Assembly: GCA_963784995.1 (NCBI GenBank) | Contig: CAWATZ010000006.1 | Span: 328,853 to 392,852 of the forward strand | Source: an uncultured Planctomycetota bacterium | Lineage (GTDB): Bacteria > Planctomycetota > Planctomycetia > Gemmatales > Gemmataceae | Length of the DNA stretch: 64,000 nucleotides | Direction of reading: 5' to 3' | Part shown: positions 9,447 to 20,954 of the stretch, one piece after another | Layout: each line of letters begins with the position of its first letter | Position numbering within the stretch: the first letter of the stretch is position 1 | Notes under the pieces: generated by a model | The model's database searches: none | Seen by the model: the letters and a program-made list of their open reading frames with translations, nothing else | What the model was told of the DNA's origin: nothing | Made by a program: the position numbers and the translations under genes

Positions 9447-12400
9447 TTACTTCCCGCCAACCCGTGCCACGTCATGGGCGTTCGCATCGAATGCCGCCAT
9501 CACCGCTTCCTCTTCCGACAGACCCAGCTGCTTGAATTTCAACTGCGTTTCAATCACGCGCCGGTAGTCGTTGGGGTAAACCTTGACAAACCGCGGCACC
9601 ATTGTCCTCCACGCCCCCAGCACCTGCCAGGCCCACTCGCTGCGCGTGTACTCGGCGTGCTTGAGGATCATCTGCCGGACCAACTCGATCTCCTCGGCAT
9701 CCTCCAGCTTGAACAGCTTGACCATCTCCTGGTTGCAGTTGCGCGGGAAGTCGCCGGTCTCATCCAGAACGTAGGCGATGCCGCCCGACATGCCCGCCGC
9801 GAAGTTCTTGCCGGTCGGCCCCAGCACAACCACCCGGCCGCCCGTCATGTATTCGCAGCCGTGATCGCCCACCGCCAGGACCACCGCGTTGATGCCGCTG
9901 TTGCGCACGCAGAAGCGCTCGCCGGCCATGCCCCGTACGTACGCCTCGCCGCTGGTGGCTCCGTAAAAGGCGACGTTGCCGATGATCACGTTTTCCGACG
10001 CGACAAACGTCGAGCCCTCCGGCGGCATGACGATGATCTTGCCCCCAGACAGACCCTTACCAACGTAATCGTTGGCGTCGCCTTCGAGCATCAGGGTGAT
10101 GCCCCGGGGCACGAAGGCCCCGAAACTCTGGCCGGCAGAGCCCCGGAAGCGCAGCAGGATTGTGTCCTCCGGCAGACCGGCCGCGCCGAAGCGGCGCGTG
10201 ACCTCGCTGCCCAGCATGGTGCCGACGACCCGGTTGACGTTGCGGATCGGCATGGGCGGCGGGGCCACCCTCGTGCCATTTTCCAGGGCCGGCTTGCACA
10301 TCGGAATCAGCGTGGTGCGGTCCAGCGCCTCGTCCAGGCCGTGGTCCTGTTTGTCCTTGCAATACCACACACGGTTGGCCGCCTCTTCCGGCTGGTGGAA
10401 GATCGGCGACAGGTCCAGGCCGGAAACCTTGTAGAAGTCGATGGCCTTTGTCGTCTCCAGCACCTCGCTGTGCCCCACCATCTCCTCGAGCTTGCGGAAA
10501 CCCAACTGGGCCATCCATTCGCGGACTTCCTCGGCGATGAAGCGCATGAAGTTGACCACGTGCTGCGGGTCGCCGGTGAACTTCTTGCGCAGCTCCGGGT
10601 CCTGGGTGGCCACGCCGACCGGGCAGGTGTTCAGATGGCAGACGCGCATCATCACGCAGCCCAGCGACACCAGCGGCGCGGTGGCGAAGCCAAACTCCTC
10701 GGCCCCGAGCAGGGCCCCGATGACCACGTCCCGGCCGGTCTTGAGCTGGCCGTCCACCTCGACGACAATCCGGCTGCGCAGGTCGTTGAGCAGCAGCGTT
10801 TGCTGGGTCTCGGCCAGGCCCAGCTCCCAGGGAGCGCCGGCGTGCTTGATGCTGGTCAGCGGGCTGGCGCCCGTGCCGCCGTCGTGGCCGCTGATCAGCA
10901 CCACGTCGGCGTGGGCCTTGGAGACGCCGGCGGCGATGGTGCCGACGCCGACCTCGGCCACCAGCTTGACACTGATCCGGGCTTGCGGATTGGCGTTCTT
11001 CAGATCGTGGATCAGCTCTTTCAGGTCCTCGATGCTGTAGATGTCGTGGTGCGGCGGCGGCGAGATCAGCCCGACGCCCGGCGTCGAATACCTGACCTTG
11101 GCGATCCAGGGATAGACCTTGCTGCCGGGCAGCTGGCCGCCCTCTCCCGGCTTGGCTCCCTGGGCCATCTTGATTTGCAGCTCTCTGGCCATGACCAGGT
11201 ATTCGCTGGTGACGCCAAAGCGTCCGGAGGCCACCTGCTTGATTGCGCTGTTCTTCGAGTCGCCGTGCTCGTTGGTCCAGCGATAGCGTTCGGGATCTTC
11301 GCCGCCCTCGCCGGTGTTGCTCTTGCCGCCGATGCGGTTCATGGCGATGGCCAGCGTCTCGTGTGCCTCCTTGCTGATCGAGCCGTAGGACATGGCGCCC
11401 GATTTGAACCGGCGCATGATCGATTCGACCGGCTCCACTTCCTCGATGGGGATGGGCTGCCGGATCGATTTGAACTCGAACAGACCGCGCAGGGTGCAGA
11501 GCCGCCTGGCCTGGTTGTTGACCAGACTGCTGTATTCCTTGAACACCTTGTAGTTGCCGGTTCGGCAGGCGTACTGGAGCTTGTGGATCGTCTCGGGATT
11601 GAAGAGGTGATACTCTCCCTCGCGCCGGTACTGGTAGTGGCCGCCGGCATCGAGGGTCCGGCCGGTGCCGGTTCGATCGGAGAAGGCCCGGCCGTGGCGG
11701 GCCAGCACTTCCGCGGCAATCACGTCCAGGCCGACGCCGGAGATCCGCGACGCCGTCCAGGTGAAGTAGCGGTCGATCACGCTCTTGTTCAATCCGACCG
11801 CCTCGAAGATCTGGGCGCCGCAATAGCTCTGGGCGGTCGAGATGCCCATCTTGGACATCACCTTCATGACGCCCTTGCCGAGGGCCTTGACGTATTGCTT
11901 GATCGCCTTGGCGTGGTCCATGCCGTTGAGCGGCATGCTGGCGGAGCAGGTCGTCGAGGGTCTCAAACGCCAGGTAGGGGTTGATGGCCCCGGCCCCGTA
12001 GCCGATCAGCAGCGCGAAGTGATGCACCTCGCGCGGCTCGCCGCTCTCCAGCACCAGGCCGACCTTGGTCCGCGTGCCCTCGCGGATCAGATGGTGATGG
12101 ACGCCGGCCACCGCCAGCAGGGCCGGGATGGGAGCGTGCTCCGCAGTCACCCCGCGATCCGACAGGATGATGAAATCGTGACCGGAAGCGACGGCGGCGC
12201 TGACCTTGCGGAACAGCCCCTCCAGCGCTCGTTCCAGCCCCACGGCCCCGTCCCCGGCCGGGAAGAGGATCGGCAGGGTGATGGTCTTGAAACCGCCCGG
12301 CCCGCTGCCGTCCAGCCGGCGGAGCTTGTCCAGCTCCTCGTTCTTCAGGATGGGCGTATCCAGCTTGATCTGCCGGGCGGACACGGGGGTCGGCTCCAGC

Positions 12401-14061
12401 AGATTGCACTCCGCGCCGATGGTGGTCTCCATCGACATGATGATCTCTTCGCGGATGCAATCGACCGGCGGGTTGGTCACCTGGGCGAACAGCTGCTTGA
12501 AGTAGTTGTACAGCAGCTGCGGCCGATCCGAGAGGACCGCCAGGGCCGCGTCATTGCCCATCGAGCCGACGGCCTCGTTGGCTTCCTGGGCCATCGGCGG
12601 CAGCAGGATCTTCAGGTCCTCGGTGGTGTAGCCGAACACCTGCTGGCGCAGCAGCACCGTTTCGTGGTCCGGTTCGTGGAACCTCGGCCCCACGGGCAGG
12701 TCGTCCAGGGAAACGAGGTTGTCGCGCACCCAGTCCGCGTAGGGCAGGGCCTGGGCCATTTGCTGTTTCAGCTCCTCGTCGGCGATGATCCGGCCCTGCT
12801 CCAGATCGACCAGGAACATCCGGCCCGGCTGCAGCCGGCCCTTGTGCAGCACCCGCTCCGGCGGAATGTCGAGGACGCCGACTTCGGACGCCATGATCAC
12901 CAGGTCGTCCTTGGTGACGTAGTAGCGCGACGGCCGCAGGCCGTTGCGGTCCAGCACGGCGCCGATGCGGACGCCATCGGTGAAGGCGATCGACGCCGGT
13001 CCGTCCCACGGCTCCATCAGGCAGGCGTGATACTCGTAGAAGGCCCGCTTGGCCGGGCTCATGGTCCTGTCGCCGCTCCACGGCTCCGGGATCATCATCA
13101 TGACCGCGTGCGGCAGCGACCGGCCGGCCAGCACCAGCAGTTCCAGGGCATTGTCGAACTTGGCCGAATCGCTGCCGCTCTCGTCGATGATCGGCAGCAG
13201 CTTCTCGACGTCCGGCCCGAACAGCTCGGAGCGGAACATCCGCTCCCGGGCGTGCATCCAGTTGACGTTGCCGCGCAGCGTGTTGATCTCGCCGTTGTGG
13301 CACAGGTAGCGGTAGGGATGGGCCCGGGCCCAGGTCGGGAAGGTGTTGGTGCTGAAGCGCGAATGGACCAGCGCCAGGGCCGAGTCCATCGCCGGATCTT
13401 TCAGGTCGGGGAAGTAATGCTCCAGCTGCGGGGCGTTGAGCATGCCCTTGTAAATCAGTGTCTTGCTGGACAGGCTCGGCAGGTAGAACATCCCGCGCTG
13501 TTCCAGGCCCGACTCCCGAGCAGCCTTCTCCATGCGCTTGCGGATGACGTACAGCCGGCGCTCGAACGCCAATTCATCGCCTGGAAGACAGCCCTCCCGA
13601 CCAATGAAAACCTGCCGCATCGCCGGCTCGCCCCGTTTGGCAGTGGGGCCGATGTCGGTGTTATCGGTAGGCACGTCCCGCCAGCCCAGGACGGTCTGTC
13701 CCTCCTCGCGGACGATCTGCTCGAAGGTCTCCTCCACAGTCCGGCGCTGCACCGGGTCGGTGGGCAGGAAGACCAGACCCGCACCATAGGCTCCGGGACC
13801 GGGAAGGCGAATCCCCAACTGATCGCATTCCCGCTGCAAGAAGCGATGGGGCATCTGCAAGAGAATGCCGGCCCCGTCTCCGGTGTTCTTCTCGCAGCCG
13901 CACGCGCCGCGATGCTCCAGGTGTACCAGGATCTGGATCGCTTTGCGGACAATGTCGTGCGACCGGCGGGCTTTCAGATCGACGACAAAGCCGACGCCGC
14001 AGGAATCGTGTTCGTTCTGCGGGTCATACAAACCTTGCCGGGAAGGAACCGCCTCCGTCAT
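9447..14061 (-). CDS. gltB: Glutamate synthase large subunit (apparent frameshift ~11955)
   Basis: The N-terminal ORF (10057-14061) has the class-II amidotransferase start [27 protein letters not shown]. The C-terminal ORF (9447-11966) has the FMN and GXGXG domains (…[12 protein letters not shown]…). Together they make one ~1530-aa GltB. Confidence 0.9.
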
Positions 14062-15071
14062 GGCACTGTCCTCTTTCTGCGGGTATGGTTCTGGTCCCGC
14101 TTCGCGTTGTCGTCTGGGTGCTGGTTTGTCTCACTCGTGGCTCCGTTTCGTGACCCGGCCGCGGCCTGGCCATTCTCGGCCGAGCGCAGCAGTTCAATGA
14201 AAGCCAGGGCCGCGTTGCCCGGAGGCTGTCGTCGATGAATGATGCCGACGGGGCGGACCAGCCGGCATCCCTCCAGGTGTAAGGCCCGGAGGGTCCCCGC
14301 TTGCAATTCCTCACGCAAGGTCGGCTCGGGCAGCAAGGCCAGCCCGCCGCCGATCTCCACGTCTTTCTTGATGTGTTCGATGTTGTCGAACGTATGCACC
14401 ACCTCGACCTCGACCCGCTTCTCGCGCAGGAACCGGTCGATTTCACGCCGGATCACCAGGTCCTTGTCAAAGGTGACAAACTTCTGGCCATCCAACTGGT
14501 CCGGCTGGACCGTCTCCAGCTGGGCCAGCGGGTGAGCGGGCGAGCAGACCACCACCATTTCCTCTTCCCGCCAGGGAAGCACTTTCAGCTCGCGCAGCCG
14601 GCCGGGAAACGAGACCAGGCCCAGATCGACCGTCCCCTCCAGGACCCGCTGGTACACCTGGTCGGGATGGACGTAATCGATGTGGACCCGGGCGTGGGGA
14701 TGCTCCGCCTCGAAGCGCTCGACGTATTGCCCCATGTCCCACAGTCCGACTGAGTAGATGGCCGCCACGCGCACGCTGATGGCCTGGCCGATAAACGACC
14801 GGCGCAGGGACGCCTCCAGCTCCAGATACTGCTCGATCAGCCGCTTGCAGCCCTCGTAATAGGCCTGCCCCATGGGCGTCAGCTGCATCGGCCGCTTGGT
14901 GCGGTCGAAGAGCAGGCCTCCCAGGCTCTCTTCCAGGTTGTGAATCCACCGGCTCACCGTGGGCTGCGGCAGATTGTTCACCTTCGCGGCTTCCGAGCAG
15001 CTTCGCAAGCTGGCCACGTCACAGAAGACTTTCAGCTCCGCAAGCTGCGGAAGATTGGTCAGCTGTTGCAT
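14058..15071 (-). CDS. LysR-family transcriptional regulator; its stop overlaps the gltB start (ATGA)
   Basis: HTH region [30 protein letters not shown] plus a LysR substrate-binding domain. The likely start is MQQLTNLPQ at 15071. Confidence 0.8.
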   Translation of the reverse strand: MQQLTNLPQLAELKVFCDVASLRSCSEAAKVNNLPQPTVSRWIHNLEESLGGLLFDRTKRPMQLTPMGQAYYEGCKRLIEQYLELEASLRRSFIGQAISVRVAAIYSVGLWDMGQYVERFEAEHPHARVHIDYVHPDQVYQRVLEGTVDLGLVSFPGRLRELKVLPWREEEMVVVCSPAHPLAQLETVQPDQLDGQKFVTFDKDLVIRREIDRFLREKRVEVEVVHTFDNIEHIKKDVEIGGGLALLPEPTLREELQAGTLRALHLEGCRLVRPVGIIHRRQPPGNAALAFIELLRSAENGQAAAGSRNGATSETNQHPDDNAKRDQNHTRRKRTVP

Positions 15072-15204
15072 GGAGAGAATGTTAAGTATCCGCTGGGCGA
15101 ATAGCAAGATGACATTGGATAAAAAAAGTGAATTTGTTGAAGACGCCAGGAGCGAAGAACGGACGATCGGCACGATCGAACGGGGGTCCAGACGAGTGGT
15201 TGAG

Positions 15205-15510
15205 GGGAAAAAGAAATGGGGCTGTTTGGCCACACGTGGCAAACAGCCCCGGACTCTGGAGGACGTCTACGACACGACCTGGGACTCGGAAGGCTCTCGG
15301 ACCCGCCGAAGCGCTTCGCGAAGTCTTCCCGGTGGAAGACCGACTGGCGGGCTTGCCCCAGGCCACCGGGAAGACTTCGCGAAGCGCTTCGGAAGCGGGG
15401 CTGAAACAGCCTTCCCTGGGATGCATCGGACAGCAAACGCTCGGGCGGCGCAACGCCGCCCTGGTGCAAAGCACCGGAGCTAGACCTGGCCCTCCAGAGG
15501 CCCCGTCCCT
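15205..15510 (+). repeat. Structured repeat element R, copy 1 (~300 bp, multi-hairpin)
   Basis: It aligns with 18745-19062. The ends are conserved and hairpins A and B are maintained by fully compensatory changes. Confidence 0.65.
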
Positions 15511-15640
15511 GGGGTCGGTGAAGGAGTGTTTTACAACAGCTTTCGCCATCTCGCAAGCAAGGCAGAAAAAAACTTGAACGCGCCGGGCCTGTTTCAGGCA
15601 CTACAGTCCAGGAAGCCAATCACTGAGGGAGAACCGACCC

Positions 15641-18600
15641 ATGAAGCCAAGCCTTGCTCTTGTGCTGGCCCTGACGACTCTGGCCGCGGGGGTCAGCCTG
15701 GCCGCCTTCCAGCCGGCGGTCCCCGGGGCTGTAGGGAACGCCCTCCGTGGCGTTCCGGAGCCGGTCGCCGCGATCGAGCCGGAGCTGTTCGTGCCGCCGC
15801 CCGATCCTGGCGTCAAACCCATCAACGAGGAGGTGCTGACACTGGCCTTCTCGCCCGACGGCAAGAAGCTGGTCACCGCTGGGGCCTGGTGGGGGCTCGG
15901 AGGGCAAATCAAGATCTGGGACGTGGCCAGGGCCCGGGAACTGGTCACCCTCCGGGGCGTTCCCGGAGTGCGGACGGTCGCGTTTTCCCCACAGGGGACG
16001 CTCTTCGCCACCGGCGATTTCAAAGGGACGATCAGACTGCGCGACAGCACCACCGGCGAAGAGCGTGCGGCGGTGAAAGCCCAGCAGGCTGGCATCAATG
16101 GCCTGGCCTTTTCGCCGGACGGCGAGACGCTGGCCTGTGCCGTGCTGGATCGGACCGTGAAACTCTTCAGCGTGAAAGACCTGAAGGAGCGGCAAGTCCT
16201 TCGCGGGCACACCGAGATGGTCCTTTCGGTGGCGTATTTCCGCCAGGCCCCGGCCATCGTGAGCTGCGGCGGAGACAGGACCGCCCGGATCTGGGACCTC
16301 ACCACCGGCAAGGAAAAGTTTATCCTGAAAGGTCATGCCGGCGGCGTCGAGATGGTGGCCATTTCGCCGGACGACCAGGTGATCGCGACGGCCAGTTGGG
16401 ACGCTACCATCCGCCTCTGGGATGCGGCCACGGGTCAGGAACAGGCCACCTTCAAAGCGGCCAAACCGATCCCATTCAACGCCGTGGCTTTTTCCCCGGA
16501 TGGGACCCGCCTGGCCGGCGCCGGCGCGGATGGGACGGTCAGCCTCTGGGACGTGAAGACCAAACAACTGATCGGCAGTCTGCAAAAACACGTGCAGACC
16601 GTCTGGACGCTGGCCTTTTCTCCGGACGGCAACCTGCTGGCCAGCGGCAGCAGCGACACGACCGCCAAACTGTGGGACCTGAAGGCCGGCAAGGAAGCGG
16701 CGACGTTGCGGACCAGCCTGGCCGGTCAGCTCCATTCAGCCGGTCCTGAGCCTGGCTCACGCACCCGATGGCAAGGTCTTTGGGGTTGCCACGCAGAACA
16801 AGACGGCACAGGTCTTCGACAGCCAGACCGGCGATCGGCTGTTCGTCCTGGAGGGGCATACCGACACGGTTACCTGTCTGACGTTCGCGCCTGACGGTCA
16901 GACGCTGGCCACCAGCAGTCTGGATAGGACCATCAAGATTTGGGATCGGGCCACCGGCAAGGAAAAACACACCTTGAAGGGCCACGGCGCCAGCGTGCAG
17001 GCCCTGGTCTTCGCCGCGGACGGCAAGACACTGGCCAGTGCCGGGGACGACAAGGTCATCAAGGTCTGGGATGCCCAGCAAGGGAAAGAGCTGGCCACGC
17101 TCAAGGGGCACGAGGCGAGTATCCGGGCCCTGGTCCTGTCGCCGGACGGCCGGACGCTGATCGCCGGCAGTGTGGATGGCGTCATCAAGGTGTGGGACCT
17201 GGCCCAGCAAAAGGATGCGAAGACTTTCAAGGGGCACGAGGGCAGCGTGCGGGCGCTGGCCGTATCCGCGGCGGGGCTCCTGGCCAGCGGCGGCGACGAT
17301 GGCATGGTAAAGCTGTGGGACCTGAAACAGGGCAAGGAGGGCCTCACCCTGAAGCATCCGGCCGAAGTCCTGTCGCTGGCTTTCTCTCCGAGCGGCCAGA
17401 CCCTGATCAGCGGCTGTCAGGACTCGACTGTCCGGATGTGGGACCCGGCCACCGGCAAGGTCCGGGGCACCCTCACCAGGCACGGCAGCGAGGTCACGGC
17501 CCTCTCCGTCCATCCTCAGGGAGAGTACCTGCTCAGCGGTGGGAGCGAAGGCGTGCTGCTGCGCTGGCCAAAACCCGTCAGCGGCTTGCCGCAGTTGCCC
17601 TTGCTCTTCCGCCAGGATTTTCGGAACCAGCAGATCGCTGGGGATTCCTTGAAGTATCTCTCTGCCGAAGCAGCCAAGCGGTGCAAGGTGGAAGCCGAGG
17701 GCCTGCGCATCAGCCTGCTGGGCAAGAACGGCACACTCCAGAAGAGCGGCATCCAGACCCGCTTCGGAGTTCAGGGCGATTTTGACGCTACCGTGTCCTA
17801 CGAACTGCTTCAGGCGGAGTGGCCCCGAAAAGGCCCCGGCGTCGGGGTGCGGTTGATCGTGGCGGCCAACACGCCCAGCAGAGGAGAGCTGATGCTGGGT
17901 CGCATGAACCGCCTCGATGGGCTTGGCTACGCCTGCAACCTCTCGGCCCGGGACGCGGAGGGAAAACAGCAGATCAGGTCGGAAGGGTTCGCCACCGAGG
18001 TCCGCTCGGGCAAGCTCCGCCTGGTGCGTCAAGGGGCGATCGTCACGTGTCTGGTGGCGGAAGAGGGCTTCGATCGCTTCCGCAAGCTGTGCGAGCGCGA
18101 GCTGGGGAAAGAAGACCTGATGAACGTCCGCGTGGTCGCCGACGCCGGCGCCGCGGACAATCCGCCCCTGGAGATCCGGATTCGCGATTTCGAGGTCCGG
18201 GCCGAGCAGGTCGCGAAGGCGGCTCCGGTCCCAGCAGCCAATCGGCCCGTTCAGGGAGACCCGGCGATTCAACCCCCTGTCGGGGTGGTCCCGGACGTTC
18301 CCCGGAAGACGCCGCCAGACCCCCAGGCTCAACCCCCCTCTGGCGGGGTCAAGGACGGTGCCGGCAAGACCTCGCCGGACGAGTCGGATACGTGGCTCCT
18401 CATCCTCGCGATCATTGGGCTGGTGTTCGCTGGAGCTTTCTTCGCCTGGGCCCTCTGGTTCCGGCTGAGGCAGGGTCGAGCCGAGGCCAAATCCCTGGCG
18501 CAACCCACCGGGCGCGCGGCTGACTCCTCGGAGAGGCCAAAGACAAGGACCGAAGCGGTGAAGACGGACCGCCCGGTGCAACGCCCCGGGAGTGCGGCCA

Positions 18601-18719
18601 TTTCCTTTGCCTGTCCGGATTGTGGGCAGAAGCTCAAGGTCAAGGCGGAGGTGGGCGGCAAGAAGATCAAGTGCCCCCAGTGCAGCAAGCCCGTTCTGGT
18701 GCCGCAAGGCGAAGCGTAG
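15641..18719 (+). CDS. Large secreted WD40-repeat protein (signal peptide, ~14 WD40 repeats, C-terminal TM helix and CxxC…CxxC zinc ribbon); apparent frameshift ~16730
   Basis: ORFs 15641-16894 and 16974-18719 are contiguous WD40 repeats in different frames; the second frame stays open upstream (…PVLSLAHAPDGKVFGVA…). The C-terminus has WLLILAIIGLVFAGAFFAWALWF and CPDCGQK…CPQCSKP. Confidence 0.75.
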
Positions 18720-18744
18720 CCTAACGCGGACAAGAACAACCGGC

Positions 18745-19062
18745 GCGGAAAGAAACGGGGCTGTTCGACAGGTTTGCCGAACAGCCCCGGACTCTGGAGG
18801 ACGTCTACCACGAGACCTGGACCACGGAAGGCTCTCGGACCCGCCGGGCAATAGTGCCCTGGCCAGCGGCTGGGACCACGCCTGGCGGGGTTGTTCCAGA
18901 CCAGCCGCTGGCCAGGGCACTATTGCCCGGAAGCGGGGCTGAAACAGCCTTCCCTGGGACGGATGCACAGCGAAACGCTCGGGCGGCGCAACGCCGCCCT
19001 GGTGCAAAGCACCTGAGCTAGACCTGGCCCTCCAGAGACCCCTTCCCTGGGGGTTTGTGCGA
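18745..19062 (+). repeat. Structured repeat element R, copy 2
   Basis: Aligned with copy 1; it lies between the convergent WD40 and dihydroxyacetone-kinase 3' ends. Confidence 0.65.
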
Positions 19063-19099
19063 GGGCTGTTGTATTCCAGCGGGAGCCGGCGGACAAGCA

Positions 19100-20800
19100 T
19101 CAGGGAAGGGTCAGGGCGCCGAGCCAGACGGCGACGGCCTCCGCACCGGGGTCTGGATGACCGAGGGCGCGGGCGCCGAGGTAGCTGGAACGCCCGCGCC
19201 GGGGCAGCATCTCGGCCGTCGCCCGGGCGGATGCGGCGGCGGCAGCCTGTGCGGCTCGGAGGGCCTCGGCCGAGGGCCGGCCGGAACGGATCGCGTCCTG
19301 GAACGCTTCCGCGGCCGGCAGCAGGGCGTCGAGCATGGTCCGATCGCCGCGGCTGGCGCCGCCCAGCTCGGCGATGGCCGCGCAGCCGGCCTGGAAAGCA
19401 TCCGCCCACGTGCTCGGGTCCAGGGGCCGACCGCGGAGAGTCTGGCTGGCTCGCAGGAAGAACGCGGCATAGAGCGGGCCGGACGTTCCTCCCAGGGCGC
19501 GCTGCAAGGTCAGGCCAAGGGCGTGCAGCGCGGCGGCCGGATCATCGAGGGGATACGCCGGCAGTTGCTCCTGGACGGCCCGGGCGCCTCGTTCCAGGCT
19601 GATGCCGAGATCGCCGTCGCCGACCACCTGGTCCATCCGCGTCAGCTCCGGCGCTGCCTCGATCAGCGCTCGGGTGGCAGCCTGAAGCGCCGCTCCCAGA
19701 GCTTGTCCGAGTCGGGTTTGCGGCGGAGCCGGTGCGGCGACAGCGACCGGAGGCGCCGGCGGCTCGGAAGTCGGCGCCGGCCGGGTTCGCGGCCGGGCGG
19801 CGGCGTTGGGCCAGGCCGGGGCGTCCGTCGGAGCGTCCAGGCGGGCCAGCAGCCCCGTCTCGACCGGCAGGACGGAAAGAGAGATTCCGGACATTTCCAG
19901 AGCGGAAAGGAACGTGCCGAGGTAGACTCGCTTCACCGTCAGTCCTCGGTCCTCCAGGACAGCGAGCGCTCGCCGCGTGGCGATGGCCAGCTCCATCGTC
20001 GGCGTCGCGCCGAGATTGTTCACCAGCAGCACGACCCGGCTGCCGGGCTCCGGTTTCAGGTCGGCAAGGATCGCGTCGAGGAGATGATCGACCAGGGCAT
20101 CGACCGGCTCCAGCGGTCCACGCCGGACGCCCGGCTCGCCGTGAATGCCCAGGCCAAGCTCGATCTCGTTCTCGCCAAGAGTAAAGGTTGGTCGCCCGGC
20201 AGCCGGGACCGTGCATGGCGAGAGAGCCACGCCCATGGTCCGCACCGCCCCGGCTGCGGCCCGCGCGATGGCAGCGACATCGGCCAGCGGCAGGCCCGCC
20301 TCGGCGGCCGCACCCGTGACCTTGTGGACCAGGATCGTGCCGGCCAGTCCGCGCCGCCCGGCATGCTCGACCGAGCCGGCCAGGGCCACGTCGTCGGCAA
20401 CCAGAACGATCTCGACCGGGATGCCCTCGGCGCGGGCCAGCTCAGCGGCCAGGCCAAAGTTGAGCCGGTCGCCGGTGTAGTTCTTGACGATCAGCACCGC
20501 CCCGGCCGGCCCCGCCGTGGCCCGGATGGCAGCGAGGACGGCATCGGGGCTGGGTGAGGTGAACACGTCGCCGGCCACCGCGGCGCTCAGCATCCCTCGA
20601 CCGACGTAACCGGCATGGGCCGGCTCGTGGCCGCTGCCGCCGCCGGAGATGACCGCCACCGGCCGCTCGGCTGGCGTCGGAACGTCGGCGCGGATCAGCA
20701 CTGTCTGGCCGGGGAGCCGACGCAGCCCGGGGTAGGCGGCGGCCAGCCCCTCGATCATCTCCTCGACGACGGCTTCCGGGCGGTTGATGAGCTTTTTCAC
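19100..20800 (-). CDS. Dihydroxyacetone (glycerone) kinase, fused DhaK-DhaL type; GTG start
   Basis: DhaK motifs ISGGGSGHEP and NYTGDRLNFGLA; DhaL motif DGDLGISLERGA. Confidence 0.85.
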   Translation of the reverse strand: MKKLINRPEAVVEEMIEGLAAAYPGLRRLPGQTVLIRADVPTPAERPVAVISGGGSGHEPAHAGYVGRGMLSAAVAGDVFTSPSPDAVLAAIRATAGPAGAVLIVKNYTGDRLNFGLAAELARAEGIPVEIVLVADDVALAGSVEHAGRRGLAGTILVHKVTGAAAEAGLPLADVAAIARAAAGAVRTMGVALSPCTVPAAGRPTFTLGENEIELGLGIHGEPGVRRGPLEPVDALVDHLLDAILADLKPEPGSRVVLLVNNLGATPTMELAIATRRALAVLEDRGLTVKRVYLGTFLSALEMSGISLSVLPVETGLLARLDAPTDAPAWPNAAARPRTRPAPTSEPPAPPVAVAAPAPPQTRLGQALGAALQAATRALIEAAPELTRMDQVVGDGDLGISLERGARAVQEQLPAYPLDDPAAALHALGLTLQRALGGTSGPLYAAFFLRASQTLRGRPLDPSTWADAFQAGCAAIAELGGASRGDRTMLDALLPAAEAFQDAIRSGRPSAEALRAAQAAAAASARATAEMLPRRGRSSYLGARALGHPDPGAEAVAVWLGALTLP

Positions 20801-20857
20801 GTTTCAATCGTTTCAATCGTTTCCATCCGCCCCCGGACCGACCCGGGGGAAACGCGG

Positions 20858-20920
20858 AACAGCGGCAGAGCGGAGCGCGTGAACGTTCACGCGCTCCGCT
20901 CTGCCGCTGTTCCGTCCGCG
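20858..20920. terminator. Perfect 29-bp-stem palindrome between the LTXXQ gene and the dak gene; candidate intrinsic terminator or attenuator (no U tract)
   Basis: cggaacagcggcagagcggagcgcgtgaa-cg-ttcacgcgctccgctctgccgctgttccg read directly. Confidence 0.4.
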
Positions 20921-20954
20921 TTGCCGTCACGCAGTTGAGGGGCAGAACCTGGGG

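Noticed and set aside
9355-9567. 70-aa hydrophobic ORF (MLFLLILFLLFFF…)
   Set aside because: It is an artefact of CTT/CTC codons in the polypyrimidine arm of the AT-rich inverted repeat.
9474-11984. 836-aa plus-strand ORF
   Set aside because: It is antisense to gltB, whose frames carry unmistakable GltB motifs.
15059-15619. ORFs of 150-190 aa on both strands between the LysR and WD40 genes
   Set aside because: They are translations of repeat element R. The same peptides recur at copy 2 only because the DNA repeats.
16539-19409. 956-aa minus-strand ORF
   Set aside because: It is antisense to the giant WD40 gene and also reads through repeat element R.
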